IMG/VR virus record: IMGVR_UViG_3300050196_000293
DNA from: a virus
Lineage: Duplodnaviria; Heunggongvirae; Uroviricota; Caudoviricetes
Reading direction: 5' to 3' (one strand)
DNA: 64,000 nt
Part shown: positions 50,101 through 56,800 of the stretch, one piece after another
Numbering within the stretch: the first letter of the stretch is position 1
Layout of the letters: each line of letters opens with the position of its first letter
The notes under the pieces: generated by a model
Told to the model about the DNA's origin: nothing
Database searches by the model: none
The model's input: only the letters and a program-made list of their open reading frames with translations
Program-made: the position numbers and the translations under genes

Positions 50101-50426
50101 GTGACCGCCACATTCTGGGCCAGTTCTACCCCCACTTGGATCGGGTTGGAAAAGCCGCCCAAGGCAGGCAGGACTGAATGGCCTAGTTCATCCCCCGGCC
50201 AGAAGGCCAGCTCGAAGTTGGTGAAGTTGGGGGAGCCATCAGGGTTCAACAGCGGGGTGCCGTTGGCGTAGAACGACTTTGGTCCCTCTACCAGTCCTTT
50301 GACAGGGCCTTCGCACAGGCCGATAAGAACCTCAAAAGTGTCCTTACTGTTGAGGGAGTCGGGGGTTTGAACCGGGCTTTTTGAACTGCCGCCTTTAGCG
50401 AACTCAAACAACATAAGCCTCCGCAC
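44145..50426 (-). CDS. lambda J-like tail tip / host specificity protein (2093 aa) with FN3-like repeats
   Basis: N-terminus GGSSKSPVQTPDSLNSKDTFEVLIGLCEGPVKGLVEGPKSFYANGTPL matches lambda gpJ N-terminus (KGSSKGHTPREAKDNLKSTQ...EGPIEGPVDGLKS). Confidence 0.85.
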   Translation of the reverse strand: MRRLMLFEFAKGGSSKSPVQTPDSLNSKDTFEVLIGLCEGPVKGLVEGPKSFYANGTPLLNPDGSPNFTNFELAFWPGDELGHSVLPALGGFSNPIQVGVELAQNVAVTRSGFTTGINAADFRMVIQSLVKSNSDGTFKLPLSLKFEIKRTDQSTWTPAWVAVSGSDPVNIPGPNGLAYHFSQMGGVFGSLLNQVFGNSGGVKTGTSVSYSFVGDRELFTSSTIPNFVAVDAESLCVDVVTHKLYKWNDGADRWDEAALTNFATYWTFVDQKGRTCKLFKESSTPPAGATGDYWISSPTALLVFNGTAWVFGNSSKANLGSSVSLVNGVWSIEEKVSSSTVKEIRVFLPEATVPYQFRVTKLSADSNTENSSVVQWESIQEITRKALTFNGVAMTKVLAQASDQFRSVPTFQQDVMGRVVKVPVNYDAVARTYTGVWNGTYKIEYTNNPAWVFLDFVENSTYGLSTTIPHVVNKWMVYDWAQYCDTPVPREDGTFRPRWTYNDYITEPRDRKELAQYIAGTGAARYDDDGNGSVVVLVDQDTPAVAIFTPENVGEDGFAYSYTEALSRANETTVEFINPALNWERDKRVIRDEDDITLNGRISDNFIAAGCTDVDEAKARARRRQITGLTEKETVTFLTNRKGRYLSAWEIILVADPTVGRGISGRISGVESSTSIRLRDSVTLDPGITYTATFDIVNPDYSPGNGESPFKTERRTVNSAAGTRTQLSFTTTLPPLAEYAAFTLEAEGYVGFPKPYRIINLAADDGSGENVQITALEVNRAKYAYIDLAQPAEVLDYSSFGNEIPEAPTNLRISSEVQQQGLASYRTLKVTWDRSSSKWVRAYKVYYSVDGVPTNVFETADTFITIQGPTSGKHAVSVTSIEIRGGESGPATTIHDLTGVVRVVAPPTSVRLIGGSSSTTFEDLSPSFAWTAAAPNPTFDHYELQVLTTANAVVRTENMGSSLTWTYDFLTNKVDGGGTARRAFQVQVVSVDQDGNRSVPATISVNNAAPAAPTIVTESVVGGVLVTLSTPTDRDVVGAYVWASGTSGFNPGTTTPTKKGNQQVFSIPTTTSVYIRAAYFDKFDESHTALTFSNQSALIGPRGVTNSELDTTPPAVPGIPTLTSTVRADADGTQLTKLLANWSGVTDIDLVGYQIELLQGTATTGTIFGPTAGTQYDWVVPSNVAFKARIRSMDRLGNLSAWTAYSTSHTATSDVGAPVTPASLVSTSGYAQYNLEWVNSSDLDLDAVEVWESATNTQSTAVKIATVPARRDGKGNFVRTGLATNVTRYVWIRSVDTSGNLSGFLPSTSAGVTASTISIPSTSITGPIGITEVAVLPNPSGYTGPKTIFLTTDQKIYRLSGGAWTKAVDGSDILADSITSNQLAAGSITAVELSANSVLASHLRIVGGRALNRDPFSKDINSWISSSPGLTVGAVTNGVLSDSELRHALTPGWGGGSVFDEMAIPIDRSKTYRFRGAYRRSSDANGVFYAVIDARGSDNLSIGGDGTFWYYPVAGVAPTTGWQTFDILFGANTPRPFPTTATYIRMGALTNYGGTTGWMGFQGFVVEEAIDGSLVVDGTIFAKHVAAATLTGDKMVADTITGREIRAGTIRADHMLIGVNDNLIPNPNSEESTTTVGVYTAGLGQAYNGTKVRRLVATPGAASAYYSVADDIPCAAGEQFLFECQAKVISGSTSTLCMTYEFKQSNGSLVYAGHYWGNAIKNDVTSSTSWVPLTLVAEAPANTVSVKIMIYLNSNAGLGVTAEGWIDAMSCRRMTKGSLIVNGSIKADKIDATDLIAKRVDVVNDGLRLVISPNDGYIFYAGPSTLPANEDNARMFVRDDGSAFFRGSLASGTDITLGTSVKWKLALQPADFYAADGEVVSFGVNLGATPSIDIIPSGLAPLAAGETYDLQTSNANGSGFTALLKIVTPGSTGEITLAGPGSAGTGGPNRVQARGSNNLSVSGNYTFNITGTWTFPVYPQTKGPSSTEARQQLKIWYKRSGIWYVLEEVTVYSSWEIGSSDNPQTRAWSYNYTAFVGNPVDEFGVSIGSTVDVISTSITSLSMNWTGVSGASSTRSATPAGQKAKFIVKPRNS

Positions 50427-51627
50427 GCGAGACCAGAGGTTCGGGAACAGGGGTCATTGAGATCCGATCTTTGACTTCCTCAATCGTCACAACCCGGCGT
50501 CCCTGATCTCCATATTCGCGGCAGAGCATGGTCACGGTCAGACATTGTCTGGATCGATAAGCACCGTCGAAGGCCCACTTGTCAGCAGGTGCAAGGGTAT
50601 TGAAACTCTCAATCTGAGCCCCTGCCCGCTCCTTCCACATCTGACTGTGATGGACGTGGCCGAGGTAGATATAGGTGTGACGACACTTGCCCCATTCCTC
50701 GCGGAAGTCGCTGCTCAGGACACCGATGAGGTCCTGGGGTTTGCTCTTGTCACCGTGTGTGGTCATGACCAGTGTGTTGCCCATGCGATAGACGATGAAG
50801 GGACTGACGTTCGCCAGAATATTGACTCGGTCAGTTTGAGCGTAAGCCACACGCAGAAGCTCATTCATCCAGACATCATTGGTGCCTGAGTGGTTGCCCT
50901 TGTTGATAATGACGTCCACATAGGTGAATTTTTCAAGCAGCATATCAATCAGTCGACGCATGATCCGACTGTAGACCTTGATCATCACATCAAAATATTG
51001 ATCGCCATCAAGGCTGTGACCACTGCGTTCTGTAACCTTCAGGAAGTTTTCGTAGTGGGTAAAGTCCCCCAGATCATTCAACACACAGCGGTTATGTGGA
51101 CCCACTCGCTCGATAGCGATCTTAAAGGCTGTCAACAGTTCCCGTTCAGCAATTTCCAGATTGAAATTGTTTCTCACCTGGCTCTCAAATGCCAGCATGC
51201 CGAGGTGGGCATCTCCAATGTTGAACCAAGGGATGATGGTGCTATCTCGGTTTCCCAGATCGAGAGGAGGGATAGTGACGGGTCTCAAATCCTGGAAAAA
51301 TTCGTGGGCTGCAGATTTCATAACCTCACGGAATCGTTCGGTGTTGAGAGCCGATTTTACCCACTGACGGGTCTCAGGATGGTAGGTTGATACACCTTTA
51401 ACGACGAAGGGATCGGGGACCACCTTGGTCATTCCGTAGTCGGGACTGTAACCTTGAGAGGCCGCTTTCTGCTTCAGGGTTCGGATGGAACGGGCGAACG
51501 TGTCTTTAGTGACACCCATCCCTATTTCGGCCGCATTGATCGAGGCGTATTTTTGGGCCTGATCGATGCGATCTCCGAGATTTTTTGAAGCCCATTTTTT
51601 AAGTTCTGGATCAATCAGGAACGTCAT
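50404..51627 (-). CDS. calcineurin-like metallophosphoesterase inserted between I-like and J-like tail genes
   Basis: Motifs IGDAHLG, LGDFTH, NKGNHSG, THGD, GHVHHS; start ATG overlaps gpI stop (ATGA), end overlaps J start. Confidence 0.7.
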   Translation of the reverse strand: MTFLIDPELKKWASKNLGDRIDQAQKYASINAAEIGMGVTKDTFARSIRTLKQKAASQGYSPDYGMTKVVPDPFVVKGVSTYHPETRQWVKSALNTERFREVMKSAAHEFFQDLRPVTIPPLDLGNRDSTIIPWFNIGDAHLGMLAFESQVRNNFNLEIAERELLTAFKIAIERVGPHNRCVLNDLGDFTHYENFLKVTERSGHSLDGDQYFDVMIKVYSRIMRRLIDMLLEKFTYVDVIINKGNHSGTNDVWMNELLRVAYAQTDRVNILANVSPFIVYRMGNTLVMTTHGDKSKPQDLIGVLSSDFREEWGKCRHTYIYLGHVHHSQMWKERAGAQIESFNTLAPADKWAFDGAYRSRQCLTVTMLCREYGDQGRRVVTIEEVKDRISMTPVPEPLVSRAEAYVV

Positions 51628-52232
51628 AGGCCGGTGTCCTTGGCGTCTATATTGATGGAGAGTAAATGTCCTGGAACGCGATAAGTTCCATACAAAAGAG
51701 GGATTGTGGTCCCTATGCGGACAGTGTTCTGCCCACCAGGAAGATACTTTGATCTTACCTGCTCGCTGTTTTCGATATTCAGTTCGGGCTGGGGGGAGAG
51801 CATTTGGATAATGCCACCCAAGATCATGCTGATACCCACAGGAACCAGCCATGAAGCAGTGATAGGGACGAAGAAGGCGACAACCAGAAGGGTTGCCCCA
51901 ATGATCGTTTGAAGGAATCCCCCATTTTTTCCAAACGCTATAGGTGGAAAAATATGGATGTCTTCAGTATTATCCTTCGTTTCTTTCAATTGCTCAATTG
52001 TGGGATAATTCAAAACCTGAATGACCTGTCGGCCGTTAACAGGATCAGCTGCAAAGGCCTTGATCTGACTGGTTACGGCCTCGACAGCTTCCCAGACGGT
52101 GTCAGCGAACACCTCGATTGGGCCAGGGTGGTAGTCTGCAAAATGACCGTGAAGGTGGACGAGCCTACGCATTGATGACCGCGCCGTTCTTGACCGCGTA
52201 CCAGCGGGTGGCCGACTGGCCAACGATGGCAT
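51624..52232 (-). CDS. lambda I-like tail assembly protein
   Basis: ISMILGGIIQMLSP and NTVRIGTTIPLLYGTYRVPGHLLS match gpI (GASMVLGGVAQMLAP; NVLPVLYGEMRVGSRVVS). Confidence 0.75.
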   Translation of the reverse strand: MPSLASRPPAGTRSRTARSSMRRLVHLHGHFADYHPGPIEVFADTVWEAVEAVTSQIKAFAADPVNGRQVIQVLNYPTIEQLKETKDNTEDIHIFPPIAFGKNGGFLQTIIGATLLVVAFFVPITASWLVPVGISMILGGIIQMLSPQPELNIENSEQVRSKYLPGGQNTVRIGTTIPLLYGTYRVPGHLLSINIDAKDTGL

Positions 52233-52536
52233 GGTAGAGTTTGGGCCAGGCGGTGAAGGTTTGACTGTCCCCCACCGACAGGTTCGGTGATGAGGTTGGG
52301 TGGGTATGCCAAGAGGCGACAGCCTCGGTGAGGGATCTCAGTTGTTCAAGTGTAGGACTGCAGGCGAACCCCTCGGTAGGGTCCTCGGCGATGTTATCGA
52401 ACTCCAGAATGGTGAGGTCTGATAGAATAACCCCACCTCGTTCCATACCATTGGTGGGATCAATCTTCTGCCGAAGGTTGGTCTCCAGCAGCTTCAAGTT
52501 CTTCAATACGTCGCTTGACATGTAGTGGCAAAACAT
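52165..52536 (-). CDS. MPN/JAB (JAMM) domain protein, gpK N-domain homologue as separate gene
   Basis: WHTHPTSSPNLSVGD = H-x-H-x7-S-x2-D; upstream conserved E (MERGGVIL); start likely internal (52446 or 52521). Confidence 0.55.
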   Translation of the reverse strand: MFCHYMSSDVLKNLKLLETNLRQKIDPTNGMERGGVILSDLTILEFDNIAEDPTEGFACSPTLEQLRSLTEAVASWHTHPTSSPNLSVGDSQTFTAWPKLYHAIVGQSATRWYAVKNGAVINA

Positions 52537-52969
52537 CCCGGATATCGAGCAACTTTTCCTCGGTTTCCCGGTCTTTCAATTGCTCATGTCTGTAAACACC
52601 AACGGTGGCATTCCTGAACGCGCCGCCATAACTTGTAACAAGCGAGCGTTGACCGTACAGATGATGCAGAATCTTGCCATTGTCCAGAAGAATGCCAATG
52701 TGATTTCCAGTAGATGAACCACCTAAGGCCATCAAAAATACGTCCCCTGGCTTCCAATCCTGCGGGTGACAGTGAACTGGATTGAAGCCTTCGGAGCTTG
52801 CGAGCCTTTGGTAAAGCTCCAGTCCACCACTCCACCAGTCTGTGGGGCCGGCGTAGTCTGTTAGTTCAATGTCATAATTATCTTTGTAGAAGCTTCGTAG
52901 AATCGTGTAGCAATTCTGCGTGCCAATATCGAATTCCATACCTTCAAGATGATCATATTTCAGGGTCAT
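52460..52969 (-). CDS. NlpC/P60 peptidase, gpK C-domain homologue as separate gene
   Basis: QNCYTIL (Cys), GNHIGILLDNGKILHH (His) match lambda gpK C-terminal half; start at ATG overlapping gpL stop. Confidence 0.65.
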   Translation of the reverse strand: MTLKYDHLEGMEFDIGTQNCYTILRSFYKDNYDIELTDYAGPTDWWSGGLELYQRLASSEGFNPVHCHPQDWKPGDVFLMALGGSSTGNHIGILLDNGKILHHLYGQRSLVTSYGGAFRNATVGVYRHEQLKDRETEEKLLDIRDVLPLHVKRRIEELEAAGDQPSAED

Positions 52970-53457
52970 CAGTACACCACAAAGGGGAATTCGGGAGGGG
53001 AGAAGGTTCGGGCTGGGCTCTTGGCATTGGGAATGTCCGTGGAGCTTCTGAGTTCCAAGTGTATCCTCTGATTGGTCACACCAGTGACCCGCCCGACAAA
53101 CCAATACCGCTGTTCATATAGGTTGACGTTGTCGATGAAGTGCTGCTGCAACACCCGTTTGAGCGTGACTTGGGCAAGATCGAAATAGCCTTCGGCCGCA
53201 AACACCCCGAATATGTTTTCAGGGTTGATGGCCGAGAGTACAGGACGGGCTACCTGCCCGTCAGATCTCGCTCCATCGCCTTGGAGCTGACAGGCAATGC
53301 CTTCGTAGGTCGCTCCCCTCCAAGTCCTGGTGGGGCCGTTCCAGAAGCGCACAATGGTAGGTGTTTTCTTCAGGCGGATCTCAAACAGATCGACGGTCGT
53401 ATCCGCTTCGAGCTTCAGGGACTCTGCGATATGTTCAGGAGGTGCGTTCGTACTCAC
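52969..53457 (-). CDS. lambda L-like minor tail protein
   Basis: VDLFEIRL...RFWNG...W.G..Y pattern matches gpL N-terminal half. Confidence 0.6.
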   Translation of the reverse strand: MSTNAPPEHIAESLKLEADTTVDLFEIRLKKTPTIVRFWNGPTRTWRGATYEGIACQLQGDGARSDGQVARPVLSAINPENIFGVFAAEGYFDLAQVTLKRVLQQHFIDNVNLYEQRYWFVGRVTGVTNQRIHLELRSSTDIPNAKSPARTFSPPEFPFVVY

Positions 53458-53840
53458 AGAGGCTGCTCCACAAAGGTCAGATCGAACTCCTCGGTTACCC
53501 CGGATCCACCCTTGAGACTTTTAGGAACCTCAAAGGGGGAGTCTGTAGCGAATTTAACTGTCAAGTTACCATAGAGTTCATGCGGGTATATGAACTTTTT
53601 GTATGTGTAATGACGTTCATAAAACTGTATCAAAGCCAAAGCGTTGTTGGTTGGCTCAACGGTTGGGTCCCAAACACCATCCTTCTTAAACCAGCTGATA
53701 GATCCAAAATAGAGACGAAACTTTCTCTGAATTGGCAGCTGAGGTGCGGCAGAGAATTCATAGCCCTTACCGAACTTGAAGCTATCACCTTTTGGGTAGC
53801 TGTGGGTGATGGTGTGATAATTGAAATTGAATGTTTCCAT
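53454..53840 (-). CDS. lambda M-like minor tail protein
   Basis: FKFGKGYEFSA and ...LTVKF...EFDLTFVEQ match gpM (FGDGYSQRA ... VEFSAEFEQV). Confidence 0.6.
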   Translation of the reverse strand: METFNFNYHTITHSYPKGDSFKFGKGYEFSAAPQLPIQRKFRLYFGSISWFKKDGVWDPTVEPTNNALALIQFYERHYTYKKFIYPHELYGNLTVKFATDSPFEVPKSLKGGSGVTEEFDLTFVEQPL

Positions 53841-56800
53841 TATACTGCACCCACCATCACTTGCTTGATCAACTGTTTACTTCTCCCACCCGTCATAATG
53901 TCTTCGTGAAGAATAGCCAGAATGTCGTTTTTGCTTGGGGGTGGTCGGCGGTCAGGTGCGACAGCATAGACATTGACGATGTCAGGCTCTCTCGCAGCCA
54001 TAGTGGCTCCGACGCTGGACATCTGAGATACCTTAGTGTTCCCAGCGATGTTCATAGCTGCCAGCTTGTCTCGACCAATCATGTCGACTGCGGACTTACG
54101 CATGACAAATTCCCCGGGGCGAAGTAGGGTTTTGACACTATCCCTCAGGGTATCCTGACCTCGAACCAGTCCGCCTGTAGCCATCTTTGCGAAGGAGGGA
54201 CCTTGGAAGTTGTTCTTGCCTGTGGGGGCTTGGTCCGTGCCAGTGGCCTTGCCGCTAATCATACTCAGGACCCATAGCAGGATCTTGTTGGCTATGATCT
54301 GTGCAGCCATATCCAGAAGAGATTCTACAATCTTCATGCCGAGGTCTTTGAACGCATCACCAATGGATTTGGTACCACTGAAGACGTCCTTCACCAGAGA
54401 GGCCATCCCGGACCTAACAGTCTCGAACGTACCAGACAGGCCCTCAGACAATTGCTGGAACCAAGGTTTATTGACCGGGCTCTGATCGACGAAGTTAGCC
54501 CAAGCGGCACCGAGAACCTCAGCGGCAGAGGCTGCTTCTGGTGTCCGGTTGGCCATGGCCTCAACGGCGATACGGGCACGTTCGAGCTCATAGGCATAGG
54601 CCGCAGCCTGTTCCTTGGCCGCTTCGAGCTGCAGTGTAAGTCTGTCCTTCTCGTCTCCTGAGGCGGAATCAGTACGGTTCTGCAAATCCGCCACGGTTCT
54701 GTTTGCAGCATCGGATTGAGCCTGTAGAGGCCTCAGGTTAAGACGGGCCTCAGCCAGATCGAGTTTGGCAGATCCACCAGACTTGGCCCGGAGCCGGTCG
54801 ATGGTGAGCTGGCCTGGGCGGACCTCATTGGTAATGGCCTTCAGGGCGGCTTCCGAGGATGCCTTCAGAAGCTCATTCAAAAAGTCATTCACCTTGACAG
54901 CGTGTGTCCTGGTGATTTGCCCCTGTTCCTCCTGGAAGGTTGCGTTCAGGGCTGGATCCACCCCAGGGTTGGACGCCATGAACTGGGCTCTGGAGGCTTC
55001 CAGTTCCCGGTTCAGTTGACGATCCATCTCCATTCGAACTTCCAGAGAAGCCGACGCATAGTCTCGGGTACCTGTGGTGACATCCGCAGTGGCCTTCTGG
55101 ACAGCTTCGTCAACATATCTTTGACCTTGGGTGGCCAAGAGAGACGTCGCTCCTGCAAAGTTCCCGTTCAGGACCTTGGCACGATACTCCTCCGCTTCGG
55201 AATTGAAGACTTCCAGCCGGTCTTTCAGATCCTCTGCTGAGGCACCACTACCCTCGGCCGAAGCTGTGATCTCATCTCGCTTGAGGCTCTCCCAAGTATC
55301 AAGTGCCTCTTCCAGCCGTTTGGTGTTGAAGAGCTGGTCCATGGGGTTGGGACCCAAGGAGTTGGCCAGATTGGTTATGCCTCGTTCGGCATCCTTGATC
55401 TGTGCCGTAAGGGTGGTGGCTCTACGGGTTTGAGTTCGGTCGCCTTGTCCCCCACTCCGCTCCTTTTTGTAAGGGGAGTAACCACCAGCACGGGTGATCG
55501 CATCCATGGTCTCGGTTGCGGCTTCCGGGTCGGCATCAGGATTTTGGAGGAAATATAGCTGTGCTTCCAGTTCCGCTTTTTTCTTGCGGAGGGCAGGACG
55601 CTGCTCAGGAGGCACTGACGCAGTTTGGGCAGTGATTTCCTTGATGTTAGCCCTGATTACGTCTGGGTTGTTGCTGGACACAAACAATCCAGACTTTGCA
55701 AACACTTGGCCGAAGTGAGGGTTGGCCGCAACGAACCTGTTTCTGGAGAACTCTTCTGGAGAAATACGGGCACGAGCAGCTAACTGAATCACTACAGGAT
55801 CGCGGGCACCCTCAAGGACTTTTTTGTCCAGATCAATCTTAAGAGCCTGACTGTCGCTGCGAACTTGGGCGTCATAAGCTGCGAGCCTGCGTGTCCTCTC
55901 CTGTCCCTTATAATTGGCCAGAATGCTGGCACGAGAGTCCTGTTGCCCACCCAGAGTGGTAGCTGTCCGTTGGCTTAGCTGCACGAACCCGGGGTCAGCG
56001 ATCAGGGACAGATCCGAAATTTGCTGATCGAGGTTTTGGACACGGAAGCTATTGTTCCGAGTTGAAACCGCAGCGGTTCGAATGGATCGAGCAACTTTTT
56101 CACCCGCTGCCCCAAAGGCCCTGGGGTTGGCTTCAATAACTTGAAGCAACCTGGCCGCATCTCCATTCGGACGTAGACCTGCGACTGCACCACGGTTCAC
56201 GACATCAAGCAGATTGTTGTCCCTAAGGATTGCCCTACCCTTGGAGTTACCATGGATAAGGGATGTAAAATCCCCAAAGTTACCAAAACTGCTTGTGCCT
56301 GAACGGATGCCGTTTGCGTCTGCACTCCGCTGCTGACTAACGACCGCTGATCGTTCAATCTTGGCCTTATCAATGGCCACCTGGGCCATTTCGGCGCGGA
56401 GTTGAATGAGGCTGAGGATATAGCCGTCTACGGTGAGCTTGCCTTGCTGCAGTGTAAATCCCCACTGACCAAACCGCTCGGAGGCGCTGTTAGCCAAACC
56501 AGGCAGAGCTGCCATACCCTCCGGGCCAGCAAGGCGGGCGTGGCGTTTGACCGACTTGTCAATTTCTGCATTCAGTTCGGACATCCGACCTGAGTATTTA
56601 TCGACCTCACCCTTGGCCTCTGAGGCCGCTGCTTGGTATTTCTCCAACTCTTCACGGGCACGTCGTTGTCCACCCGCGAAGAGATCAAAGGCCAGAACGG
56701 CAGCACTTAGACCTGCGGTCCATACAACAAGAGGACTGGCGAGCAGAGCTGCTGTGAAGGCCCGAATACCTATGGTTACGGCACTGATAATCCCAGTTCC

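Noticed and set aside
50404-51852. Long 482-aa version of the phosphoesterase ORF extending over the gpI-like gene
   Set aside because: The N-terminal 75 codons overlap gpI out of frame and have no phosphoesterase features. An ATG at 51627 with ATGA coupling to the gpI stop gives a coherent ~408-aa protein.
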